This document shows positions 33,634 to 42,993 of a stretch of 64,000 bases of DNA, piece after piece. Position 1 is the stretch's first letter. Each line of letters starts with the position of its first letter. The stretch is from Elusimicrobiota bacterium. Lineage in GTDB: Bacteria > Elusimicrobiota > Elusimicrobia > UBA1565 > JACRDR01. Below the pieces are notes generated by a model. It was given only the letters and a program-made list of their open reading frames with translations. It had not been told where the DNA came from and searched no databases. The stretch covers positions 9,165-73,164 of the forward strand of contig JACQBA010000012.1 in the NCBI GenBank assembly GCA_016194745.1. Direction: 5' to 3'. Both the position numbers and the translations under genes were made by a program.

Positions 33634-35009
33634 TCCAGCTCTCTTTCCACGGCGGCGCGGGCACCGTCACCGGGTCCAAGCACCGGATCAACGTCAACGG
33701 AGAAGAGGTCCTCATCGACTGCGGCATGTTCCAGGGCCTCAAGGAGCTGCGCGAGAGGAACTGGACGACGCCGCCCTTCGACGTCGCCACGTTCAAGAAC
33801 CTCGTATTGACGCACGCGCACCTCGACCATACCGGGTGGCTGCCGCGCATGGTCCACCTGGGGTTCAAGGGAAAGATCTACGCGACCGCCGGCACGCGCG
33901 ACGTCGCCGAGATCATCCTGAAGGATTCCGCCCATCTGCAGGAAGAAGAGGCCGAGTTCCGGAACAAGAAGGGCATCAGCTCCCACGGGAAGGCCCTTCC
34001 TCTATATACCGTGGAGGACGTGGAGCAGACGATGCCGTTGTTCCAGACCGTGGAGTACGGGGCCTGGACGCAGGTGAGCCCGTCGATCTCGTTCCGGATG
34101 GTCGACGTGGGGCATATCCTCGGCTCGGCGGCGGTCGAGTTCAAGCTGGTCGATGGGGGACGGACGGTGCGGGTGCTCGCCTCGGGCGACGTGGGCCGCT
34201 ACGACATGCCTCTTCATCCCGACCCCGAGGACGCCCCGCCCTGCGACGCGCTTCTCCTAGAGTCGACCTACGGAGACCGGGACCACGTGCCCGAGCGGCC
34301 GGAGGAGCAGCTGCTGCGCGTCGTCAAGCTGGCGATCGACAGCGGCGGCGTCGTCTTGATCCCGGCGTTCGCGGTCGGCCGCAGCCAACAGGTCATCTTC
34401 GTCTTGAACGAACTTTTCCGCACCGGCAAGCTCCCGCGCATCCCGATCTTTCTGGACAGCCCCATGGGCATCAACGCGACGAAGCTCTACGTCGAGTACG
34501 CGAGCCGCTACCGCTTCGACGCGGAGACGCTCCGCGGCGGCGTGTGCACCCTCTACGACGGCGGGGTCAAGACGATCAAGACCGCGGCCGAGTCGATGCG
34601 CCTCGCCGAACTCAAGGGGCCCGCGGTCGTCATCTCCTCCAACGGGATGCTGACCGGCGGGCGCATCCTCCACCATTTGAAGAACTTCCTGCCCAACCCG
34701 CGCAACATCGTCGCGATCGTCGGCTACCAGGCGATCGGCTCGCGGGGCCGCATGCTCCAGGACGGAGCGAAGGAGCTGTCGTTGTTCCACGAGATGGTCC
34801 CCGTGCGGGCTCGCATCGAGGACTTGAAGGGATTCTCCGGCCACGCGGACGCGGGCGAGCTGATGCGCTGGACGAAGCACGTCGAGCCCAAGAAGTGCTT
34901 CCTCGTCCACGGCGAGCCGCAGGCCGCCGAGTTCCTGGCCCAGCGCATCCGCCGCGAGCGCCACTGGGACGTCCACGTCGCCAAGCTCGACGAGACCGTC
35001 GACCTGTAG
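33630..35009 (+). CDS. MBL-fold beta-CASP family hydrolase (RNA-metabolising nuclease type)
   Basis: ATGA-coupled. Motifs LIDCGMFQG, LTHAHLDHTGWLP, ESTYGDRDH, GFSGHAD, LVHGE. Confidence 0.85.
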   Translation: MIQLSFHGGAGTVTGSKHRINVNGEEVLIDCGMFQGLKELRERNWTTPPFDVATFKNLVLTHAHLDHTGWLPRMVHLGFKGKIYATAGTRDVAEIILKDSAHLQEEEAEFRNKKGISSHGKALPLYTVEDVEQTMPLFQTVEYGAWTQVSPSISFRMVDVGHILGSAAVEFKLVDGGRTVRVLASGDVGRYDMPLHPDPEDAPPCDALLLESTYGDRDHVPERPEEQLLRVVKLAIDSGGVVLIPAFAVGRSQQVIFVLNELFRTGKLPRIPIFLDSPMGINATKLYVEYASRYRFDAETLRGGVCTLYDGGVKTIKTAAESMRLAELKGPAVVISSNGMLTGGRILHHLKNFLPNPRNIVAIVGYQAIGSRGRMLQDGAKELSLFHEMVPVRARIEDLKGFSGHADAGELMRWTKHVEPKKCFLVHGEPQAAEFLAQRIRRERHWDVHVAKLDETVDL

Positions 35010-35040
35010 TCGCGAAGGCGTCGTCGATCCTGGTCTGAGC

Positions 35041-35063
35041 GGCCTATCGCGGATAGGCCTTTT
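35041..35063 (+). terminator. Rho-independent terminator
   Basis: ggcctatc-gcg-gataggcc followed by tttt, 32 nt after the MBL gene stop. Confidence 0.7.
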
Positions 35064-35129
35064 CGTGATCTCCGGCGGAGCCCAAGGACCTGAATTCAGC
35101 CCGGCGGGTCCAGCTATAATGGCCGCCTG

Positions 35130-36836
35130 ATGATCCCGAGCCTCGCTCTCGCGCTTTCGCTTTTCGTGCTGGCCTTGCCCGCGGCCGCGCAGCCGCGCCT
35201 GGCGTCCCGCCTGCATTTCGACGCATCCCCGATCCAAGCGTTTCGCCCGGGACTCGAGGCGGTCGCGGCCTGGGCCGGGACGGAGAGCGGCGGACTCATT
35301 TTAGGAAGCGACTCGGCGTGGCGCGCCTTCTCGAGCGTGATCGGACCGCAGGCGGCGGCCGAGAGGGCGTTCACGGCGGCTCCTCTCGCGCAGGCGCTCT
35401 CGGCCGGCGGCGACGCGCACTTGTCCAAGCGCCTCACTCGGATCGCGGACGCGCCGGAAGAGGAGCAGCGGGAGCTGGTCCGCGAGCTTGACGCCGCGCG
35501 CGCGCGGGCGTCCCGCGCGGTGGCTTCCGCCGTGCACGACGCGCTCGAGGCGGAGGTCAGAGGAGCGCGCGAGCCCGCGGCGGGTTCCGGCGAGTGGATC
35601 GACCGTCTGGTCAAGTGGAGACGGCTCCGCGACGATCTCTCTGCGCTCGAGGCGACGGGACTCTACGGCGAGGCGGTCGAGGCGGCCCACATCGAGGTCG
35701 GGGCCGCCATGAGCCGGTGGCGCAGCCGCATGATGACGGCCAACGCCGGCGTCGGCTGGTACGCCGTGGCGCCGGGCGAGGCGCTCCAAGACTACATCGA
35801 GCGCACGCAGCGGGAGCTCATCGAGACGGACCCGGCGCTTTTTTTCAAGAAGATGAAGAAGGCCTCGAAGGATCCCTTCAACTACGCCCGCGTGATGATG
35901 CCGCAGTTCTACGGCACGCTCGCGCAGCAGCCCGAAGCCGCGCGGCTCAAAAGGTCGGTCAGGATCGTGATCAGCGGGGACGTGCATCACGGCAATGTCG
36001 ACGTGCTGCGCCGCGGCGAAAACCTCGTCCCTCAGCCGGACGATCTCGACGACTCGATCCGCGCGCCGGTCGCCCTCGAGCTCTCGCGCATGCTGCTCAT
36101 GCTCGCCGCGGGGACCCAAGGCGATGAGAAGAAGGCGCGCGCCGTGATCGAGGACGCGCGGGCGGCGTACCGGACGTGGGCGAGGCGCGGGTTCCGCGCG
36201 TGGACCGCCGCGGTCCAAGAGGAAGACGCGGTCAAGAACGCCAACGCCGAGCCGAAAGAGTGGTCCAGCGAGGGGAAACCCATTCACGATCCTTATGAAG
36301 CCGGCTGGGCGCTGGAGGCCGCGGGCCTCGACCCCGAGAAATGGCGGGCTCGCGACCGGCGCGGCTCCGGGGGCAGCTCGATCGGCGTGCGGCGCATCAC
36401 GTTTTCGCATCCGGACCGCGACGATGCCTTCGAGCTCAAGGAGCAGCGGCCCTCGGCCGCCCTGGCCTTCGGTGCCGTCGCCTCCGAGGCGCTCGAGAGC
36501 GTCCGCGTCGCGGCGGGCTACGCGGCGCTGCGCCAGGTCATGGATGAGTCGACCGTGCTCGAATCACGCGGAGCGAGCTGGCTGCGGCGGCATCGATTCA
36601 GTAAGGAACTCGAGCTCGACGCCTCGGATCCCGCATCGGTCGCGCGCGTGCTGGCGGGCATGACCGCGCAGATGCACCGGCGGGCCGGAGGCTCTCCCAG
36701 CCGTCTCGTCGCGGCGGCACGCGGCGTCACCACGGAGCTCGTCTTGCGGATCTTGCGCGAGTTCGAGGAGCACCAGACGGAGCTTCGCCGCCTGCTGGAC
36801 GCGGGGACCTGGGCCGATCTGAAGGAAACGGCTTAA
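35130..36836 (+). CDS. DUF2252-like protein with signal peptide
   Basis: MIPSLALALSLFVLALPAAAQ signal. KDPFNYARVMMPQFY and ISGDVHHGN resemble DUF2252 motifs. Confidence 0.5.
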   Translation: MIPSLALALSLFVLALPAAAQPRLASRLHFDASPIQAFRPGLEAVAAWAGTESGGLILGSDSAWRAFSSVIGPQAAAERAFTAAPLAQALSAGGDAHLSKRLTRIADAPEEEQRELVRELDAARARASRAVASAVHDALEAEVRGAREPAAGSGEWIDRLVKWRRLRDDLSALEATGLYGEAVEAAHIEVGAAMSRWRSRMMTANAGVGWYAVAPGEALQDYIERTQRELIETDPALFFKKMKKASKDPFNYARVMMPQFYGTLAQQPEAARLKRSVRIVISGDVHHGNVDVLRRGENLVPQPDDLDDSIRAPVALELSRMLLMLAAGTQGDEKKARAVIEDARAAYRTWARRGFRAWTAAVQEEDAVKNANAEPKEWSSEGKPIHDPYEAGWALEAAGLDPEKWRARDRRGSGGSSIGVRRITFSHPDRDDAFELKEQRPSAALAFGAVASEALESVRVAAGYAALRQVMDESTVLESRGASWLRRHRFSKELELDASDPASVARVLAGMTAQMHRRAGGSPSRLVAAARGVTTELVLRILREFEEHQTELRRLLDAGTWADLKETA

Positions 36837-36865
36837 CGCCGCCAAGCAAGACCGGGAGCGCCCGT

Positions 36866-36907
36866 GACGCTGGTGCCTTGACGCTGGTGCCATGACGCTG
36901 GTGCCAG
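36866..36907. repeat. 3 x 14-nt tandem repeat of the palindromic-element terminus
   Basis: gacgctggtgcctt / gacgctggtgccat / gacgctggtgccag. The last unit is the left tip of repeat copy 2. Confidence 0.8.
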
Positions 36908-36986
36908 GTTTTCACAAATTCTCCTAACTCGCCTAACTCTGGCCGAAAAGTTCGGTGCTCTAGGAGCGTTAGTGAATACCCGGCAC
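36900..36986. repeat. Palindromic repeat, copy 2 (degenerate)
   Basis: The left arm ggtgccaggttttcacaaattctcctaact has 1 mismatch to copy 1. The right arm is decayed (ctaggagcgttagtgaatacccggcac). The centre has a ccgaa-aag-ttcgg stem. Confidence 0.7.
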
Positions 36987-36997
36987 TGGTGTAAGAC

Positions 36998-38362
36998 TTA
37001 GTCCACCCGGCGCGCCGTCATGGGCATGCCGCCCTTGGGCCGCAGGGTGATGACGGGCTCGGGCTCGGCCGTTTTTCCCGGGATGAGGTGCAGGGTGTAG
37101 CGCTGGAGCACGGTCGCGAGGATCAGCATCGCCTCCATCATCGCGAACTCGTTGCCGATGCACTGGCGCGGGCCGCCGCCGAAGGGAAAATAAGCGAAGC
37201 GCGGGAGCGACTTCATGCGCGAGGGCTCGAAGCGCTCCGGGTCGAAGCCCTCGGGGTTCTCCCAGAAGGCCGGGTGCCGGTGGGTGATGTAGGAGCTGAC
37301 CAGGACGGCCGCGCCCTTCGGGATGCGAAATCCCCCGATCTCGTCCTCGCCGATCGCGGAGCGCTCGGTCATCCACGCGGGCGGAAACAGGCGCATCGAC
37401 TCCTGGATCACCATCCGCGTGTAGCGGAGCTTGCCCAAGTCGGCCATCGTCGGCACGCGGCCGCCCAGCTCGGTCTCGAGCTCCTTGCGGACTTGGCGCT
37501 CGGCCTGCGGATGCTTGGAGAGGAGATACCACGTCCACGTCAGCGCGTTGGAGGTCGTCTCGTAGCCGGCGAGGAAGATCGTCATGACCTCGTCGCGGAG
37601 CTGCTGGTCGCTCATCGACTCTCCGGTCTCATCGTCCTTGGAATGGAGGAGCATCGACAACAGGTCCTCGTCTTTCCCGCCCGCGCGGCGCGCGCGGATG
37701 GCGTCCATCACCACCGCGTCCAGCGTCGCGATGGCCTTCTTGTAGCGCCGGTTCTCGAGCGTCGGCACGAACAGGGGTAGAAAGGACAGCGGCTCGTGGA
37801 TGCGTTCCATGATCTGCTTGAGCGCGTACGTCAGCGCCTCGCCGACCTCGTCCGACTTGTCGGCCATGTCGACGCTGAGCAAGGTCTTGCCGACGACGCG
37901 CAGCGTGAGGCGCATCATCTCGACCGCGACGTCGATCGGCGCGTCGGGCTTCTCGCGCCGGTCCCAGGCGTCCAGCATCTCCTTCGTCAGGTCCGTCATC
38001 GTAGTTCCGAACCCCGCGACGCGCTCGCGGTGGAACGCCGGTTGGGCGATGCGGCGCTGCCGCAGCCAGAAGTCGCCTTCGCTCGTCAATAGCCCCATGC
38101 CGAGCAGCGGGCGCATCTTCTTCCAGCTGTAGGTGCTCTTGCCGTAGTTCCGATGGTTGTTCTGCAGCACGTGCTGCACGTGGTCGGGATGCCAGAGCAG
38201 GTAGTAGTAGATCGGGCCGAAGGGGAAGCGGACGATCTCGCCGTAGGTGTTCACGTTCTTGAACATCGTGCCGAGGGGGTCCTTGCGGTACTCGCGCAGG
38301 ATGCCGTAGATCGGGCTGCCTTTGGGCCCCGGCGGAGCGGGAAGCCGTCGCGGTGTGGCCAT
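36998..38362 (-). CDS. Cytochrome P450
   Basis: FGGGPRQCIGNEFA heme-thiolate loop, ESMRLFPP (ExxR), I-helix FLAGYETTSNALTW. 454 aa. Confidence 0.92.
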   Translation of the reverse strand: MATPRRLPAPPGPKGSPIYGILREYRKDPLGTMFKNVNTYGEIVRFPFGPIYYYLLWHPDHVQHVLQNNHRNYGKSTYSWKKMRPLLGMGLLTSEGDFWLRQRRIAQPAFHRERVAGFGTTMTDLTKEMLDAWDRREKPDAPIDVAVEMMRLTLRVVGKTLLSVDMADKSDEVGEALTYALKQIMERIHEPLSFLPLFVPTLENRRYKKAIATLDAVVMDAIRARRAGGKDEDLLSMLLHSKDDETGESMSDQQLRDEVMTIFLAGYETTSNALTWTWYLLSKHPQAERQVRKELETELGGRVPTMADLGKLRYTRMVIQESMRLFPPAWMTERSAIGEDEIGGFRIPKGAAVLVSSYITHRHPAFWENPEGFDPERFEPSRMKSLPRFAYFPFGGGPRQCIGNEFAMMEAMLILATVLQRYTLHLIPGKTAEPEPVITLRPKGGMPMTARRVD

Positions 38363-38400
38363 GAGAGAACCCTATTATACCAGGCGAACGCCGCTGTTCT

Positions 38401-38485
38401 GGTGCCAGGTTTTCACTAATTCTCCTAACTCTCCAAATTCTCCGAAAGTTAGGCGAGTTAGGAGAATTAGTGAAAACCTGGCACC
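38401..38485. repeat. 85-bp low-GC palindromic repeat, copy 3
   Basis: Differs from copy 1 by one central substitution (ctccaaattc vs ctcctaattc). Perfect 30-bp arms. Confidence 0.92.
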
Positions 38486-38491
38486 AAAGGA

Positions 38492-40204
38492 TTAGGCGCC
38501 GAGTTTGCGGGCTAGGACGCGGGCGACGGCGCGGAGACGGTCGCCCCAGGGGAGGCGCCAGAAATTGGTCTTGAGGGCGCCGCGGGTGAAGTAGGTCTTC
38601 TGCGAGTAGTCGATGGCGACCTCGACCATGACGGGGCGTCCCGACGCGGCCTCGGCGAAGGCGGGCGCCAGGTGCGCGAGGTCGGCGTCGCGGGCGATCA
38701 AGCGGTAGGCGCAGCCGGCCGCCTTGGCGAAGTCCTCGACGCGGTAGGGATGGAGCGCGCTCGAATCGGCGCGGTCCAGGGACGCCCGTTGGAACTGGGC
38801 GATCTGCCCGAGCTCCTCGTCGCGCAGGACGAAGGCCACGACGCCGATCCCGTAGCGCGCCGCGGTGAGAAGCTCGAGCCCGGTCATGAGGAGCGCGCCG
38901 TCCCCGGCGAGAGCCGCGACGGGCGCCTCGGGATTGGCGAGCTTGGCGCCGATCGCGGCGGGCACCGCGTATCCCATGCAGGAGTAGTCGATCGGCCCGA
39001 GGAAGCGGCCCGGAGCGTCGAGGCGCAGATGCTCCATCGCGAGGAAGGTCCCGTTTCCGCTGTCGGTCGTGTAGATCGCCCGAGGCCCCGCCGCCGCTTG
39101 GAGCGCCGGAAAGAAGGCCGCCGGCGAGACCCGCGAGGCGCTTCTCGCGGAGGCGCGCTCCTCGTCCAGCTCGCGGCGCCCCTCGGCGATCCGGGCGAAG
39201 AGCTCCTTGCCGCGAGTCGAGGAGAGCTTCGGGACCAAGGCGCGCAGGAAGTCCGCGGCATCCGCCTCGACGGCGAGGGCGGCCGGAAAGTTGCGGTTGA
39301 AGACGGAACCGTCGATGTCGACGTGGATCAGGGTCTTCGGGGGAGTCAGCCCGTAGCTCGCGGTCGCCACCTCGCCGAAGCGGCAGCCGATCGCGAGCAG
39401 GCAGTCGCACTCGTCCATGAGCTCGCGGACGTAGCGCGGCGCCATCGCGCCGAAGCCGTTCCACAGCCAGAAGGGATGGCTCTCCGGGAAGACGCCCTTG
39501 CCCTGGATCGTGGTGCAGACGGGCGCGCCCAAGGCGTCCGCCGCGTGGACGAGGAGCGCCGAAGCCCCCTTCGCTCCGAAGCCGGCGTAGATCGCGGGGC
39601 GCCGCGCCGCGTTGAGGAGCTTCGCGGCCGCCTCGACGTCGCTCGCGGTCGGCGGCCGCGCCGCGGCAGGCGCGTCGAGCGTCCCGAGCGAGACGGCCTC
39701 GTGGGCCAGCACGTAGTAGTTCGCCGGGACCTCGACCGCGACGGGGCCGGGACAGCCGGAGCGCGCGAGGGCGCAGGCGCGCCGGATCACCGCGTAGATA
39801 TCCTCCGGGCGCTCGACTTTCATCGCCGCCTTCGTGACCGGCCGCAGCATCGCGAGCTGGTCCACGTCATGGAGCTGGTAGGCGCGGCCCGTGTCGTTTC
39901 GGATGCCGCAGGTCAGCACCAGCATCGGAATGTTGTCCATGAATGCTTCCGCGATGCCCGATAGGCAATGCGTCACGCCCGCGCCGGGGACCACGTTCGC
40001 CACGCCGAGGACGCCGGAGCTCCGGGACACCGCGTCGGCCATGAATCCCGCGCTCTGTTCGTCGGTCACGAGGATCGCCTGGACGGAGGAGCCCTCCAAG
40101 GCGTCGTAGAGTTCGGTGTTGTGCGTGCCGGGGATGCCGAAGGTCCAGCGCACGCCTTCGTCCTGCAGGGCTTGGACCGCGAGCTCGGCGCCCCGGCGCT
40201 TCAT
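38492..40204 (-). CDS. Thiamine-diphosphate-dependent enzyme (acetolactate synthase / 2-hydroxyacyl-CoA lyase superfamily)
   Basis: Start at MKRRGAELAVQALQDEGVRWTFGIPG. ThDP motif GDGALLMTGLELLTAARY. 570 aa. The upstream 360 aa of ORF 38492..41290 are shadow sequence. Confidence 0.88.
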   Translation of the reverse strand: MKRRGAELAVQALQDEGVRWTFGIPGTHNTELYDALEGSSVQAILVTDEQSAGFMADAVSRSSGVLGVANVVPGAGVTHCLSGIAEAFMDNIPMLVLTCGIRNDTGRAYQLHDVDQLAMLRPVTKAAMKVERPEDIYAVIRRACALARSGCPGPVAVEVPANYYVLAHEAVSLGTLDAPAAARPPTASDVEAAAKLLNAARRPAIYAGFGAKGASALLVHAADALGAPVCTTIQGKGVFPESHPFWLWNGFGAMAPRYVRELMDECDCLLAIGCRFGEVATASYGLTPPKTLIHVDIDGSVFNRNFPAALAVEADAADFLRALVPKLSSTRGKELFARIAEGRRELDEERASARSASRVSPAAFFPALQAAAGPRAIYTTDSGNGTFLAMEHLRLDAPGRFLGPIDYSCMGYAVPAAIGAKLANPEAPVAALAGDGALLMTGLELLTAARYGIGVVAFVLRDEELGQIAQFQRASLDRADSSALHPYRVEDFAKAAGCAYRLIARDADLAHLAPAFAEAASGRPVMVEVAIDYSQKTYFTRGALKTNFWRLPWGDRLRAVARVLARKLGA

Positions 40205-41718
40205 GCGGCCGCGCGCTCCCGGCTGGCGATGCGCTCGCGCGCGGCCTCGGCGGCGCGGTCGGCCAACGCCATCACGGTGAGATAGGGATTGACCTCGGAG
40301 CACCGCGGGAAAAGACTCGCGTCGGCCACGTACAGCCAGGGCAGCCCGTGGACCCGCCCGCGCGCGTCCGTCACCGAATCGGCCGCGCTCTCGCCCATGC
40401 GGCAGCCGCCCATGAGATGCGCGCTCGAGACCGCGACCCGCCCCGTCTGCATGTAGCCCTCGTTGATCAGAGTATCTAAGTCCATTTCTGCGGATTTGTC
40501 GATGATGAATCGCGCCGAGGCCGGGGCGTGGACGCGCCGCGCGCCGGCGGCGAAGAAGAGCCGCGCGCTCGCCCGCATGGCGGAGACGAAGGCCCGCATC
40601 GTCTTCGGCGAGAGACGATAGTCGACGACCGGCTCGCCGTTCGGGCCGATCGTGACGCGGTTGTCGCGCTCCGCCTCGTCCAAAGCGAGGACGAGGATCA
40701 TCTGCAGGAGGTCCATCCGCGACACGAACGCCTCGTGAGCGGCGCCGAAGCCCGAGAGGCTCTTGGCGGTCGTGAAGGGGAAATACATGCAGGTCTCGAG
40801 CAGGAAGCCGTCCGTCTCGGCGAAGTGGTCGCAGTAGTAGCTCTTCGGATGGCCGTGGTAGTTCGTGATCGGATTCTCGTGCTGCGCCGCGAGGATCAGC
40901 GCGGGATGCGCCGTGAAGTAGCGGCCCAAGGCGGGCAGCCCTGCGCCGAAGCCCGAGCGCAGGAGAAGCGCCGGGGACTGCACCGCGCCCGCCGACAGGA
41001 TCACCGTGTCCGCCTCGATCGTCCGTCGGCCGGGAGGCCACAACGACGGGTGTCCGATCCCGGACGACGAGACGACGACGCCGAGTTCCGCCCCGCGGCC
41101 ACGCGGGCGGATCCGCTCGACTTTGCAGTTGGTCACGACCAAGACGCCGTTCCTCTCGGCTTCGGGGAGCTGGACGCGGTGCGTGCCCTGCTTCGCCGCA
41201 TTGGGGCATCCCATGTTGCACATGCCCGAGCCTTTGCAGCCCTTGAGGTTCAGCGGGAACTGCGCCGCCCGCCAGCCGAGCGTCCGGCACGCGTCGAAGA
41301 AAAGGCGGTTGTTATCGTTGATCGCTTCGGGACCCAGAAGATGGACGTTGTTTTCGCCCGCGTACTTCTCGCTGCGCCGCCTCAGGTCCTCCCACTCGAG
41401 TCCCGGGACGGCCCAGCGCGTGACGGTCTCTTTCGGGATCACGAGGGAGGTGCCGGTGTAGACGACGGTCGAGCCGCCGTACGCCTTGGCGAAGGCGAGC
41501 GTCATGCTTTTGTCCTTCGTGAGGAAGCCGCCCGAGTCGAAGTAGAGGCGGCCCGCCATCTCCAGCTCGCGTCCCGTGAACTCCTCTTCCCTTAGTTTGG
41601 GTCCCCACTCGAGCACCGCGACGCGTCGACCGTCCTTGCATAGAGGCGACAAGACTTTGGCCGCGGTGCCTCCGCCCGCGCCCGAGCCGATCACGACCGC
41701 GTCGAACCTTTCAGTCAT
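40201..41718 (-). CDS. GMC-family FAD oxidoreductase (alcohol-oxidase-like)
   Basis: FDAVVIGSGAGGGTAAKVL dinucleotide fold, GGSTVVYTG, and C-terminal AHLMGGCRMG...VADASLFP. ATGA overlap with the ThDP gene. Confidence 0.85.
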   Translation of the reverse strand: MTERFDAVVIGSGAGGGTAAKVLSPLCKDGRRVAVLEWGPKLREEEFTGRELEMAGRLYFDSGGFLTKDKSMTLAFAKAYGGSTVVYTGTSLVIPKETVTRWAVPGLEWEDLRRRSEKYAGENNVHLLGPEAINDNNRLFFDACRTLGWRAAQFPLNLKGCKGSGMCNMGCPNAAKQGTHRVQLPEAERNGVLVVTNCKVERIRPRGRGAELGVVVSSSGIGHPSLWPPGRRTIEADTVILSAGAVQSPALLLRSGFGAGLPALGRYFTAHPALILAAQHENPITNYHGHPKSYYCDHFAETDGFLLETCMYFPFTTAKSLSGFGAAHEAFVSRMDLLQMILVLALDEAERDNRVTIGPNGEPVVDYRLSPKTMRAFVSAMRASARLFFAAGARRVHAPASARFIIDKSAEMDLDTLINEGYMQTGRVAVSSAHLMGGCRMGESAADSVTDARGRVHGLPWLYVADASLFPRCSEVNPYLTVMALADRAAEAARERIASRERAAA

Positions 41719-42094
41719 GGAGGCGCTCGTTGCCGGCGCGCGAGGGGCGATAGCTCCATTCGTCCCACGCCTCGGCGCGGCCGTAGTAGCCCATGAAGAC
41801 CAAGGTGCGCACGCCCCAGAATCCTTTTCGGAACAGCGCAACCTTGGAGTCCTCGAAGTGGCACAACTCGGCGTCCTGCAGCTCCGCGGGCAGCCGGTCG
41901 AGGGGGCGGCCGTGGAGCAGAAGAGACCTCCAGCGCAGGAGGAAAAGAAAGGCGGAAAGCTGGAGGCGGGTGGCGGCGGGGCGCTCGGCCAACGCGGCGT
42001 CGATGATCGCGGCGAAGCGCCTTCGGCCGTCGGGACCCAGCCGCGCGTAGCCCGGGACGAGGCGCGGCGCTATCGCCGAGAAGAACGCGTCCAC
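41711..42094 (-). CDS. Hypothetical small protein coupled to the GMC oxidoreductase
   Basis: 127-aa ORF overlapping the GMC start by 8 nt. Non-shadow composition (FEDSKVALFRKGFWGVRTLVFMGYY). Confidence 0.45.
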   Translation of the reverse strand: MDAFFSAIAPRLVPGYARLGPDGRRRFAAIIDAALAERPAATRLQLSAFLFLLRWRSLLLHGRPLDRLPAELQDAELCHFEDSKVALFRKGFWGVRTLVFMGYYGRAEAWDEWSYRPSRAGNERLHD

Positions 42095-42180
42095 CCGACG
42101 ATCTTACAATATTGCCCCGCGGGCACCGTGCGAGCGCCTGACGTTCAATGACGGACCTCAAGTACTGCCAGCGCTAGGCT

Positions 42181-42993
42181 TCAGGGATCGCGCAGAGACG
42201 CGAGGGTCAGCAGCCGGCGGCACTCGCGATCCAGGTCCTTCAGGGAATCGTAGCCCAGCGCGTGCACGGGCTTGCCGTCGAGAAGCGCCGTCGTCCCCTG
42301 GTTGCGCGCCGCGCTCGGGGCCTTCGCCGCGATCGTCTCGACGAGGGCGCGGAAGTTGGACACGCTGCTGTAGCCCATGCGGCTTCCCAGGCACGCGTAG
42401 TTGAAGTCGCCGAAGTCGATGCGGAAGCGCCGCAGCGGCTTGCGCTCGCAGAGATCCAGGAAGAAGATCGGTTCCGTCGTCTCCTGCACCTTCTCGACCT
42501 CGCGCGCCTTGCCGCCGATGTTGATGGGAAGTCCCGTGGCCATGGACAATCCGAGGCTCGCCGCCTTTTGGGCGATGGACGGTCCTTCCTGTCCTTTGAC
42601 GGTCTTGCGGATCACCTCGCGGTAGGACGTCGTCGCGATCAGCGCGAGTCTCGTCCACGCAAGGGTGACCCGCTCGCCCGACTTGGGCAGAAGATGCAGC
42701 GACGCGTCGTCCCACTCCGCCTTGCAGGTGAGCAGCGGCTCGGGCAGGTCCTCGAGTAGGTTCTTGGGCAAGATCGTCGCGTCGAGGCCAGCGCTGAGCA
42801 GCTTCGCGGCCAGGTTCTTCGCGACCGCCTCGCTTAGGCTCTCGGCGACGATTCCCCAGTGGCCGCGGAGCTGCTGGGAGGCGTCTTGAAACGGGACCTT
42901 CATCACGGCAGCGTACGCTTCCGCGACCTTGACGGGCTCCCAGGCCCCGGGGCCTTTGAGGAGCACGGCGTACGTCAGCGGCGCCTCGGTCAC
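42181..42993 (-). CDS. Hypothetical protein
   Basis: GTG start overlaps the SDR stop (GTGA). 270 aa with balanced composition and no recognised motif. Confidence 0.5.
   Translation of the reverse strand: MTEAPLTYAVLLKGPGAWEPVKVAEAYAAVMKVPFQDASQQLRGHWGIVAESLSEAVAKNLAAKLLSAGLDATILPKNLLEDLPEPLLTCKAEWDDASLHLLPKSGERVTLAWTRLALIATTSYREVIRKTVKGQEGPSIAQKAASLGLSMATGLPINIGGKAREVEKVQETTEPIFFLDLCERKPLRRFRIDFGDFNYACLGSRMGYSSVSNFRALVETIAAKAPSAARNQGTTALLDGKPVHALGYDSLKDLDRECRRLLTLASLRDP

Noticed and set aside
36866-36907. CRISPR-like array, from the short tandem repeats.
   Set aside because: There are three 14-nt units with no spacers between them and no cas genes in the window. This is a simple tandem duplication of the repeat terminus.
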